DNA of 64,000 nt, taken from IMG/VR virus record IMGVR_UViG_3300037424_001585, positions 3,952 through 67,951 of that record, one strand, 5' to 3'. Below the pieces are notes generated by a model. It did not search any database. It was not told the origin of the DNA and worked only from the letters and a program-made list of their open reading frames with translations. The position numbers and the translations under genes are program-made. Source of the DNA: a virus. Lineage: Duplodnaviria > Caudoviricetes. This document shows positions 56,189-64,000 of the stretch, piece by piece (the first letter of the stretch is position 1; each line of letters begins with the position of its first letter).

Positions 56189-56823
56189 CGCTTCCCCTCC
56201 TTCCTCCCTCTGCGTGCAGGACACAACTTCTTCAAGGTGGCCTTGGCCTCTTGCACCGCTCTCGGAATCAGGTCGCCCGCCGCTTCATCGAAGTACTCCT
56301 CGCTGTCCGACTCGATCCCCCATAGTGCGTCACTCCCAAGCTCGATCCCCTCCCGGTACACGGTGACTACCACCCCATAGAAGCACCACTCCCCATTTGC
56401 GTAGTCCTCCAAACGTTGCAGGTCCTCGAAGCGGTAACGGCGCGCGGTCTCGTACGCCTCCCCCTTGCCCAGCCCACACTTCTGGTTCAGGTCCCGTGCT
56501 TCCTTCTCCACATTGGGATGATTGCACGAGACATAGTACTTGTACTCGTGCGGACGGTACGAGGTGTGCCGGTGGGTGAGGTCAATCGCCCCCGGCTCCC
56601 ATGTATCCGTGAAGTGCCCGAGCCAGGAGGTATCCCCGTCCTCGTCCACCTCCTTCCGCACGACCACCTCGAACCCTTGCACCGCAAGCCGCGCTTCCTC
56701 CCCACGCCAGTCGAGCGTGAACCTCGGCGGTTTCGCCGTCGCCCAGCGGTACGCTTGGCTTGCGCTCAGGCCGGGATGCTTGCGGCGCAAGCTCCGGTAC
56801 TTCTCGGTCAGTGTGGCGTTCAT
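56182..56823 (-). CDS. hypothetical early protein
   Basis: GGGGGTGA RBS; GEWCFYGVVV...SDALWGIESD pattern. Confidence 0.6.
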   Translation of the reverse strand: MNATLTEKYRSLRRKHPGLSASQAYRWATAKPPRFTLDWRGEEARLAVQGFEVVVRKEVDEDGDTSWLGHFTDTWEPGAIDLTHRHTSYRPHEYKYYVSCNHPNVEKEARDLNQKCGLGKGEAYETARRYRFEDLQRLEDYANGEWCFYGVVVTVYREGIELGSDALWGIESDSEEYFDEAAGDLIPRAVQEAKATLKKLCPARRGRKEGKRC

Positions 56824-56971
56824 ACCTTCACCCCCTCGCGCTGTGCCCACAAGTACAACGATTCATCGTTCATGATCCAGTCCTCCCGGTCCTCGTCCGT
56901 CAGCCGCCCGAGATTGGAGCATGCGGCCCGTATTCGTTTGGTCAATCTCCACGGTATAGGGTGAGACAAGC

Positions 56972-57211
56972 TTAGCCGCGGGTAGGCTCGCCATTGACCG
57001 GACCGGAGTAAAGCACGCGGTTCGTGCCTACGCCGTGGTGCAAGCTCAAAGAGACTTCGGCCATATCCTGTCCGGTTTCTTCATCGTGCCAGAGTCGCAC
57101 GTCAACCGCACCTTGCCAGCTTGCAATGTTCGCGGTTAGCCCACTGGCCTTCGTGCCAAGCCTTGAGGCTTCGCCTCTGACGCCCTTGATCGTTCCTCGG
57201 AAGTGTGCCAT
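56972..57211 (-). CDS. conserved small early protein
   Basis: MAHFRGTIKGVRGEASRLG...; GAGGGATAACCCA leader. Confidence 0.6.
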   Translation of the reverse strand: MAHFRGTIKGVRGEASRLGTKASGLTANIASWQGAVDVRLWHDEETGQDMAEVSLSLHHGVGTNRVLYSGPVNGEPTRG

Positions 57212-57271
57212 TGGGTTATCCCTCCACGGTATAGGGTTAGGCAAAGAAGAAAACACCAAGAGAAGGGGCAG

Positions 57272-57409
57272 TCAGTGCGTAATGACGGCCATTTGAATGG
57301 CTCGGGTAAGACGGTCAGCGAAATCGGTGTAAACGTTTTCGGTCCATGCGTGTTCTAAGGCTTCGATGACTGAGTGATATTGCCACTTTGTTAATTGCAG
57401 CGTTTTCAT
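57272..57409 (-). CDS. 45-aa peptide, tandem paralogue A
   Basis: MKTLQLTKWQYHSVIEALEHAWTENVYTDFADRLTRAIQMAVITH. Confidence 0.55.
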   Translation of the reverse strand: MKTLQLTKWQYHSVIEALEHAWTENVYTDFADRLTRAIQMAVITH

Positions 57410-57434
57410 GTTTATCTCTCTTGTTGTGAGTGTG

Positions 57435-57596
57435 TTAGAGGTACGAACGCTCGCCACCAGAAGAAAAGATTACGGCCATTTGAATAGCTCGGTCGTGGCG
57501 GAATGAAAACGAGGTGTAAACGTATCCGCTCCATGCGTGTTCTAATGCTTTGAGGACTGCGCGATATTGCCACGTTGTCAGTCTGAGCGTTTCCAT
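57435..57596 (-). CDS. 53-aa peptide, tandem paralogue B (not in ORF track)
   Basis: METLRLTTWQYRAVLKALEHAWSGYVYTSFSFRHDRAIQMAVIFSSGGERSYL. Confidence 0.55.
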   Translation of the reverse strand: METLRLTTWQYRAVLKALEHAWSGYVYTSFSFRHDRAIQMAVIFSSGGERSYL

Positions 57597-57600
57597 TGGG

Positions 57601-57771
57601 TTATCCCTCTGTCTTGTTGGTTTCCTGAGTGATGACTGTTACTTGGTGGCGATAGGTGTCTGCATGACTAGCCGCCGTGCGCCAAGCTTGTTGTTTGCTG
57701 GTGACAGGCTGAGATAAAGTCTTACCCCCACCGTAGCATTGTAGACACCAGGGAGTATGCTTCTGTACCAT
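57601..57771 (-). CDS. small CxxC..H..H protein
   Basis: WCLQC...SHADTYRHQV; GAGGGCTAACCCA leader. Confidence 0.5.
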   Translation of the reverse strand: MVQKHTPWCLQCYGGGKTLSQPVTSKQQAWRTAASHADTYRHQVTVITQETNKTEG

Positions 57772-58191
57772 TGGGTTAGCCCTCCGTTGTGGGTGAAGCA
57801 CTCCCGCCGCTTTGCACGGCATTGACGGCTAGCCATCACACAGCTTCCCGTTGACCGTGTTCAGATCGTTCGGTGCTTGGTACGCTTCGGGTATCGCCCC
57901 GCTCAGGTACCACTCCCCTTGCTTCGGTTGCTGTTGCTCGCCGGTCTCCACGAACCGGCGCGGCGGACCCAACAAGCGTTCGGTGTTGCGGGGATAGAGT
58001 TTGGTCACAGCACATACCCCCACAGATTCACCCGCTTGCTGCACGTCCCCTCCCACCGCCGTCCCAGCGCCCGCAGGACCGCGAAGTAGAACGCTTCCTT
58101 GTACCTGTTATAGAAGTGCGTGGTCATGGTTGCCTCCCCTCTCAAAGGTTGGCGTGAAGAACTTTTACTCCTCGCTCCTATCCCTCCCCCT

Positions 58192-58518
58192 TCAATCCGC
58201 GTCCGGTACCCCGAAGTCTCCGAGCGGGATGGCTTCCCCATCCCGGGGCAGCACCGCCCGTGCCCGCACCGCTATCCGCTGGGCTTTCGTGAGTTCCGCC
58301 CACCGCTTCCGCGTCCGGTCCAATCCCGGCCCCAGATGCAGCTTGGGTGGTTTCCCGATGAAGTGATTGTACCCGAGGTCGCCGGGGTCCTGCCCGATGT
58401 AGTACCCGTCCGAGGTGCGCACCACGTCCACAATCCCCGCTGGGCGCAGGTTCAACACGTCCAGCAACAACGCCGTGGCGTCCGCGTAACTGATGTCTGT
58501 CACGTTCACGGTTTCCAT
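58192..58518 (-). CDS. hypothetical early protein
   Basis: GGGGGTGA RBS; 108 aa. Confidence 0.55.
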   Translation of the reverse strand: METVNVTDISYADATALLLDVLNLRPAGIVDVVRTSDGYYIGQDPGDLGYNHFIGKPPKLHLGPGLDRTRKRWAELTKAQRIAVRARAVLPRDGEAIPLGDFGVPDAD

Positions 58519-58577
58519 GTCGTCACCCCCTCTCTGTCAAATGGCGCGGGCAGGTGTCACCCCGTCCGTGCCTTGTC

Positions 58578-58757
58578 CTACTTCCGATACAAGTTCAGCC
58601 CGAGGTACACAATCCCCTTGGGGGTCGTAATCGCCGCGTTTCCCCGCGTGCTCGCCAGCACCTGCGTTTTGCCGGTCGCGCTCGCCGTGGTCTCGGCGTC
58701 CAAGCTGCACTCGATGACCAGCTTGGTCCCCTTGACCGTTGCGGTCACGTTTTGCAT
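58578..58757 (-). CDS. 59-aa conserved small protein (not in ORF track)
   Basis: MQNVTATVKGTKLVIECSLDAETTASATGKTQVLASTRGN...LGLNLYRK; GGGGGTGA RBS. Confidence 0.6.
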   Translation of the reverse strand: MQNVTATVKGTKLVIECSLDAETTASATGKTQVLASTRGNAAITTPKGIVYLGLNLYRK

Positions 58758-58792
58758 GTCTGTGTCACCCCCTTTCGCTTGCTGTGAGAGGG

Positions 58793-59080
58793 TTACTCGA
58801 CTAGGACGTACAGCTCGCCGGGGTCCGTCACCCGGAACGCCTCATACACCCCAAACTTGACGGGTATCTCTACCCGTGCCGGGTCCCGCTTCCACGTTTT
58901 GACCCGTCCGTTGCGGCGGACGTTCGCCATCTTTCCATGCTGGTCCTGGCAGAAGAGGACAGGATTATGGAAGCTTTCCGGCCACGCCTTCACCTCATCC
59001 AGCGTGAGCGCGCGGTACGTTCGTAGCTCCGTGGTCTTGTGCCGGTCGCTGCGGTGCACCGCTTGGATCGTTTCTCTCAT
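58793..59080 (-). CDS. hypothetical early protein
   Basis: RRNGRVKTWKRDPARVEIPVKFG pattern. Confidence 0.6.
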   Translation of the reverse strand: MRETIQAVHRSDRHKTTELRTYRALTLDEVKAWPESFHNPVLFCQDQHGKMANVRRNGRVKTWKRDPARVEIPVKFGVYEAFRVTDPGELYVLVE

Positions 59081-59120
59081 GCGTCCCTCACTTCCACGGT
59101 TTCGGGTCCGGCTTTCATGC

Positions 59121-59330
59121 TCATTTCACCCTCTTGCATAGCTGTCTGAGGATACGCGCCGGATGCGGCCGGTACCCATTCGCCGTTCGCCGCCACGCCT
59201 TCATCGCATCCAGGCGCTTGCACCGGCGCGCTTGGATAATGCACGCCCCTCGCACCATCGTGAGCGGCGGAATCTGCCGCGTCACGGGTTCAGGTTGCGG
59301 TGCGGGATACTTGGGAAAGGTGTACTTCAC
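59121..59330 (-). CDS. hypothetical early protein
   Basis: GAGGGGGTGA RBS. Confidence 0.45.
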   Translation of the reverse strand: MKYTFPKYPAPQPEPVTRQIPPLTMVRGACIIQARRCKRLDAMKAWRRTANGYRPHPARILRQLCKRVK

Positions 59331-59584
59331 TGGCTCACCCCCTCAGAAAAGAAAAAGTGTTGCGGTGCTTGAGTGAGTACCTACCAGGATAGCGCCGCTA
59401 GTCCCTCGCTGCGCCAGTGCGAATATTCAACCGTACTCCCACCACAAGCACCACAAAATAGGGAAGAGTGGCTTTGCGCCCTACACCCCAGCGCTCGCTC
59501 TAGCGTGGCGCTTAGTGTCTCTTCCCGACAGGTTCCTGATTTCTGGGGAACCTCGCAAGTGTAAGGTGTCATCACCCCCCGCTT

Positions 59585-60060
59585 GCCCGCCCTAGGTCTC
59601 TCTACAGACCGCGTAGCCCTTCGGTGTGAGCGTAGGACATTCCGCCATCCGTACACACTCCACACCTACCGCCCCGCTTGTCGGCTGTCTCCCCTTCAGG
59701 TTCCCGGCACCTTGCACAGATTCTTTGCCAGTGTCGCTACCCTCTGGCGGGATAGTGCCCGCCATCCTCTTGCAACACCCGTTGCCGGTACTCTCCCTTA
59801 CTCGGGAGCTTGAGGGCGCCTACCCTTCCGTCGCGGGTCCGCCAGGGTCGCGGCGCATGGAGTAGGTCACTACACCCGCTCCGGGGGAACAAGAGGAGCA
59901 CTCGCCAACCGTGCCCGGACCCTTGAGGGAGCGCCGCGCTACTCGCGCTGTCCGCTCCCCACATCCCCGCTTGCGCCAGGACCGTTCCCCGCACACCTGG
60001 AAGGTTGCCTGACTCTACGCCCCGACCATAGCGCACGACCCGTGCCAGCGCCGCTAACCC
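59585..60060 (-). ncRNA. candidate large structured non-coding RNA
   Basis: No convincing ORF; at least eight hairpins identified by eye (see findings). Confidence 0.4.
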
Positions 60061-60137
60061 CTTGCATGTATGTGCGTTGGGACACTGGCATGGTCTGTGC
60101 TGAGGGCGTTTTCGCTCTTGCAGAACACAGGAAACCG

Positions 60138-60176
60138 CGCAAGCGCTTGCGTGGCAATCTGCCAGCGTGCTATCTT
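60138..60176 (+). promoter_or_regulatory. terS promoter with two dyads
   Basis: TTGCGT-18-TATCTT with TG extension; palindrome CGCAAGCGCTTGCG and TGGCA-atc-TGCCA. Confidence 0.45.
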
Positions 60177-60181
60177 AGAGC

Positions 60182-60868
60182 ATGCGAGCGAGAACCCTAG
60201 AACGCGCGGCGCGGCGAGCGATGACCCCTCCCCGTGACCCTTCCCTCCCCCCGCTTGGACGGCCCCGGAAGATTCAGACCCCTGAAGAGTTAGACGAGCG
60301 GGTGGATACGTACCTTGCCCACTGCGCCGAGGTGAGCGAGCCGGTCACCTTCTTTGGGATGATCCTTGCTTTGGGCTTTGTGAGCGCGGATGCTCTAGAC
60401 GAGTACTCGAATTACTCTACCGCATTTTCCGAGTCCGTGAAACGTGCGCGTGCCCTCATCAGCGCCAGCTACGAACGTCGCCTTGACCGTGACAAGAGTG
60501 GTCCGGTCATCGGGGGAATCTTTGCGTTGAAGAATCTGGCGGGGTGGACAGACAAGCGGGAAATTGAGTGGCGAGGGATTAGCGCCAGTATCATCCTCGA
60601 CCGGCTCACCGACGCCCAACTGGAGCGGGTGAAGCAAGGGGAACATCCGCTGGCGGTACTCGCGGAGGGGAGCGCCTTGACGGCCGCGCCCATCCCACCA
60701 GGGACCGCGCCGCTTGCCTTACTCCCTCCACCCGTGCCGGACCCGACGCCCTCCGCTCCCCTCCCCGTTGATCCGCCGCGCCGCTCCCGAGGGCGGAAGG
60801 GACCACACCCACCCACGAAGCCCACGCGGAAAACCCCACCCCCCAAGGGACCCCGGCGCGCGCGGTGA
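60182..60868 (+). CDS. terS: terminase small subunit (P22 gp3-like)
   Basis: GRPRKIQTPEEL...TFFGMILALGF...LDEY...FSESVKRAR...GGIFALKNLAGWTDKREI. Confidence 0.85.
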   Translation: MRARTLERAARRAMTPPRDPSLPPLGRPRKIQTPEELDERVDTYLAHCAEVSEPVTFFGMILALGFVSADALDEYSNYSTAFSESVKRARALISASYERRLDRDKSGPVIGGIFALKNLAGWTDKREIEWRGISASIILDRLTDAQLERVKQGEHPLAVLAEGSALTAAPIPPGTAPLALLPPPVPDPTPSAPLPVDPPRRSRGRKGPHPPTKPTRKTPPPKGPRRAR

Positions 60869-60979
60869 TGTCAGTATGCGTGTGTTGATCCTGAACGCGG
60901 GGCCAAAGGGAGGGTGGGAGGGAGCGGGAGATGCTGGGTGCGGGTGTACCAATCACACTTCATGAGAGAGGAGTAAGGC

Positions 60980-61243
60980 ATGCCGCAGTGGCGCGTAACA
61001 ATCAAAGGCCCGACACCGCCGGTCGCGGAGGGATGGAGCAGCGCGGGTTCCATGAGTGGGGATTACACGCACGCCCAGATCACCGTGGATGCTGAGAAAG
61101 TCACTGTCGAGAGCGACACAGTGTGCTTCTGGCAGACGGTGCAGAAGACACTCCCAGAGGGTGGGGAGGAGCCCTTCACCTATCCCGACGACGAACTCGT
61201 TCGTGCGATCAGCGGGTTTGTGGACATCGTACGCTGTATGTGA
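60980..61243 (+). CDS. hypothetical protein
   Basis: GAGGAG RBS; 87 aa. Confidence 0.55.
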   Translation: MPQWRVTIKGPTPPVAEGWSSAGSMSGDYTHAQITVDAEKVTVESDTVCFWQTVQKTLPEGGEEPFTYPDDELVRAISGFVDIVRCM

Positions 61244-61361
61244 GAGGGACCGAGGCTCTTGCAGAAAGCCCACCTGCTCTTGAAACAGGGGGCATCACCC
61301 CCTCCAGATATTTTCTAGGAGTAATCCCTAACGCGGCTCACCGTTCACAGGAGAGAGGATC

Positions 61362-61670
61362 ATGTACGACGGACAAACGAAGACCACACTATCAGGACCC
61401 AGTCTCGATCCCAGTCGCATTAATCAACTCGATCGCTTCCTCAACGATCTCCGGGCACTCAGTAGCTCGACGCAGGAGTTGGAGAAGGCTACGTGTGCGC
61501 GAGTAGGTCAGTTGTTGGGGTACGAGCCCGCGCCGCCAACAGGAGCGCTTCAGGGTCGTGGTCAGATTCTCACGCCCGCCAGCGATGTGTGGATAAGCAA
61601 CGTGGATCAGTGCATCCGGGAGATCGCGGGGGCGGTGGAGCGCATGCGGCACGACGTGGCGAGGCTCTGA
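61362..61670 (+). CDS. hypothetical coiled-coil protein
   Basis: GAGAGG RBS; 102 aa. Confidence 0.55.
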   Translation: MYDGQTKTTLSGPSLDPSRINQLDRFLNDLRALSSSTQELEKATCARVGQLLGYEPAPPTGALQGRGQILTPASDVWISNVDQCIREIAGAVERMRHDVARL

Positions 61671-61688
61671 ACAAGAAGGATTTCTCTT

Positions 61689-61713
61689 CTAGTATCTAGT
61701 ATCTAGTATCTAG
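61689..61713. repeat. tandem heptamer (CTAGTAT)x3 + CTAG
   Basis: Read directly; lies in a convergent intergenic gap. Confidence 0.9.
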
Positions 61714-61839
61714 GGAAAAGAAGGGGAGGCACCGCGCCTCCCCTCCGTGTTGGGACTGGATGGATTCCTTCGCCTACCACCCAAGACTGGGGCCGTGGTG
61801 AGCAAGGTGACGGACGCACCCTCGAAGGACGGCCGGACT

Positions 61840-62088
61840 TCACACCTGCTTGTACGACTTCTCGAACGTCGCCAGCGCGCACGGCACGAAGCCCTCGACA
61901 CCATACACCACCCAATCGTTCGGCGCCGCGACGCCCTTCCCTCCGATCCACAACCCTCCCTCGCTGTCCGTATCGAACACATCCGGCGGGCCTGCGGGGA
62001 GGAGACTGTCCCGCCACGCGAGCAGCGCCTTCCAGTTCCCTGTCCACTGCATCGCCTCCACAGTGATCGGCCTGGCTTGGAACTTCAT
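61840..62088 (-). CDS. conserved small phage protein, related to 33306-33602
   Basis: ARPITVEAMQWTG...PNDWVV...VPC...FEKSY. Confidence 0.65.
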   Translation of the reverse strand: MKFQARPITVEAMQWTGNWKALLAWRDSLLPAGPPDVFDTDSEGGLWIGGKGVAAPNDWVVYGVEGFVPCALATFEKSYKQV

Positions 62089-62254
62089 GGGGTATCCTCC
62101 TTGGTGTGAAAGGTAAGGGGTCTGTTGGAGTACGTCACGTCCCGGGTAAAGAACAACCATCGAGCGCCGAGGTCGCCCCACCAGATAGGATGGAGATCGG
62201 CCAGGAGAAACTGCGCCTTCAACATCCCGAAGTCCTGGGCCTTCACCGAGAGGG

Positions 62255-62584
62255 TCACCGCGCCCTCCGCTTGCACTGAAGCAGGACGAGCGTGCGCTGT
62301 GCTCTCCTCCCAGTATGGTCATTGAATCGCGCGAGCCACACCGTATTCATCGAACGCTTGGTGTGGCGGACCCACCGCTCTTGCCAGTACGGATCGTGTG
62401 GATCGGCGTGACTCAGAACCCAGTCATCCGAGAAAGGAAGGAGAGCGAGCGCTTTGGAGATCACACACACCAAATCCCACGGCGAGTGTGATCCCGCGCT
62501 TCGAGCCACCTCCCATCCCGCATCGCGAAACAACTTGGCAACTGCGTACTCAAATGCGCGCCCACTCACGTACTGCGTGTTCAT
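62255..62584 (-). CDS. Holliday junction resolvase, Hjc-like PD-(D/E)XK
   Basis: GRAFEYAVAKLF..AGWEVARSAGSHSPWDLV...LLQCK. Confidence 0.7.
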   Translation of the reverse strand: MNTQYVSGRAFEYAVAKLFRDAGWEVARSAGSHSPWDLVCVISKALALLPFSDDWVLSHADPHDPYWQERWVRHTKRSMNTVWLARFNDHTGRRAQRTLVLLQCKRRAR

Positions 62585-62724
62585 CGTCGCTCCTCTGAAT
62601 CGCATTCATGCAGTGCTTGGTCAGCACAACAATCAGCGCACAGACCGTCTCGGCCGCAGGACGCGCACTTCTGTGCCTCTGTGTCCTCGATCTCGCAAGT
62701 GCAGCAATCACAGTTGGTCTTCAT
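62581..62724 (-). CDS. 47-aa Cys-rich peptide (10 Cys; not in ORF track)
   Basis: MKTNCDCCTCEIEDTEAQKCASCGRDGLCADCCADQALHECDSEERR; its stop overlaps the Hjc ATG. Confidence 0.55.
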   Translation of the reverse strand: MKTNCDCCTCEIEDTEAQKCASCGRDGLCADCCADQALHECDSEERR

Positions 62725-62727
62725 CGT

Positions 62728-62964
62728 TCATCGCCGTCCCTCGATCCATCGCACGCGGTGCTCGGGGGTGTCAAAGAAGGTGAGCAGGCGCCGCAAGAAG
62801 TCTTTGGATATCTCGACACTGCCCTCCTCTACGAAGGGAAAGATGTGCCGGTCCCAGGAGCGCTCGGTCCCTTCCCCTGGATCGAGCAGGTCATGAATGA
62901 CGATGGACTTTCGACGAATCTCCAATCCCAGGCGGTCATCCCCAGTCTCGATGAAGAGACCCAT
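62728..62964 (-). CDS. hypothetical protein
   Basis: GGGAGG RBS; 78 aa. Confidence 0.55.
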   Translation of the reverse strand: MGLFIETGDDRLGLEIRRKSIVIHDLLDPGEGTERSWDRHIFPFVEEGSVEISKDFLRRLLTFFDTPEHRVRWIEGRR

Positions 62965-63683
62965 TACGTCCTCCCCTTCTTCGACGCCGCTCGTTCACGC
63001 CCTTTGATCCCCGCGAGCGTCTCGGCGGCGACGCGGATGTCCTCTGTTTCTTGCTCCTGGGTGCTTGGGTGTCTGCTGGGCTCAGGAATCTTCCCGAACG
63101 TCTTCTCGAAGTTCGTGCGGCCGTAGGTGCATTTGCGGCAGTACGCTCCTGGATTCTCTGGGGAGAAGAGGAGATCATGCGGCGCGCGCTGCTGGTCATC
63201 CGCGTCCCACTGCGCGAGCCATACCGTATCTTGTTGGCTTGGGCACGGAGCGCCCTCTTTCCACTTTGGCTTGGCCTGCGGCTTTCCAAGCGCGAGCGCC
63301 TTCGCGATACCTATTTTGTACCCACACGTCGCGCAGAATCCACCCTCGTCGGTCTTTGGAGGATGGAGTTTGAGCACCTCCCCGAAACCCTCTTGGTACT
63401 CCTTCCGGTGGGTGAGGTCACGACATCCTGGGCACACCGTTGAAGGCGCGGTGATCGGCCCGTATTTGACGACGGCCTCCGCGAACAACTGCTGGAACTC
63501 CGGGATCGCGGGCTCGGGAATTACGAGGCTTGCGTGCCCGCGATCCGTGATGCACAAAAAATCAGGTTGGTTGTGGTGGAGACTGGTACCGCGTCCGAAG
63601 AGATATGTGCGCCCTTCGAGTTGCACTTGGGGGAGTAACGCGGTGAGGTTATCCCCGCGCTTGTGCTTCACCGGACCTGCCAT
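62964..63683 (-). CDS. hypothetical protein with three CxxC motifs
   Basis: GAGGAG RBS; CPGC, CATC, CRKC; first gene after a promoter. Confidence 0.6.
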   Translation of the reverse strand: MAGPVKHKRGDNLTALLPQVQLEGRTYLFGRGTSLHHNQPDFLCITDRGHASLVIPEPAIPEFQQLFAEAVVKYGPITAPSTVCPGCRDLTHRKEYQEGFGEVLKLHPPKTDEGGFCATCGYKIGIAKALALGKPQAKPKWKEGAPCPSQQDTVWLAQWDADDQQRAPHDLLFSPENPGAYCRKCTYGRTNFEKTFGKIPEPSRHPSTQEQETEDIRVAAETLAGIKGRERAASKKGRT

Positions 63684-63750
63684 GCCTGCTGCCTCCTCTC
63701 AATTCTTATTATCGTATCAGTACCGGGGCGGCGCTGTTCCAGCCCCGTAG

Positions 63751-63780
63751 ATACTAGTAAGAGGTAGCCGTACTTGTCAA
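63751..63780 (-). promoter_or_regulatory. sigma70-type promoter
   Basis: TTGACA-18-TAGTAT; a divergent extended -10 (TGtTACATT, 63797-63805) lies on the + strand. Confidence 0.5.
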
Positions 63781-64000
63781 GGGGGTAAGCAGTCTTTGTT
63801 ACATTCCATCTTGCGCGTCCCCCCGGCCCTTCCCTACCTTCATCCCGTCACGCAGGGCCTCCCCTGCTCTGTCGTGATGCTGGAGACAACCCCCCCCCGT
63901 GCGCCTCTGCTCCTCTCTCAGCGCATGGGGGTTCCTGTTTGCAGAGAACCTTGCGCGCCCGCCTGCTCCATCCCTATCGTAGAGCGAACCAGGGGGAAGG

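Larger units (their letters stand above)
56947..57784. repeat. dispersed start-associated repeats
   Basis: cattgggttatccctc at 57209 and 57594 (one mismatch at 57769); ctccacggtatagggt at 56947 and 57222. Confidence 0.85.

Noticed and set aside
57272-57596. Diversity-generating retroelement TR/VR pair
   Set aside because: Mismatches are not adenine-specific and no reverse transcriptase is present in the window.
59737-60036. 99-aa ORF within the candidate ncRNA
   Set aside because: No RBS, Gly/Arg-rich composition typical of non-coding GC-rich frames; cannot be fully excluded.

Overview
A GC-rich tailed bacteriophage genome segment with podovirus-type (P22/T7-like) virion genes; no host genes, integrase or CRISPR array were recognised. 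Positions 1-27.6 kb (+) hold a 5'-open portal, scaffold, major capsid protein, adaptor, a long block of appendage/fibre genes, a tail nozzle, four ejection-type proteins and a lysis cassette (holin candidates, CHAP endolysin, spanin-like protein). Positions 27.8-59.6 kb (-) hold replication and recombination genes, tRNA-Thr(CGU), a decayed IS1-like insertion and many small early ORFs. Positions 60.2-64 kb hold terS, an Hjc-like resolvase and small ORFs; no terL or primase is visible in the window. The main finding is a family A DNA polymerase split at the thumb into two genes 2.7 kb apart, with eight coupled ORFs in between. The N-half has UDG-like and exonuclease domains plus a DnaJ-type Zn finger where T7 has its thioredoxin-binding loop; the C-half has two inteins. 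Also notable are a ~480-nt hairpin-dense non-coding tract upstream of the early genes and two tRNA-sized structured elements flanking the tRNA. All family calls come from motifs and synteny read by eye; no database searches were run.
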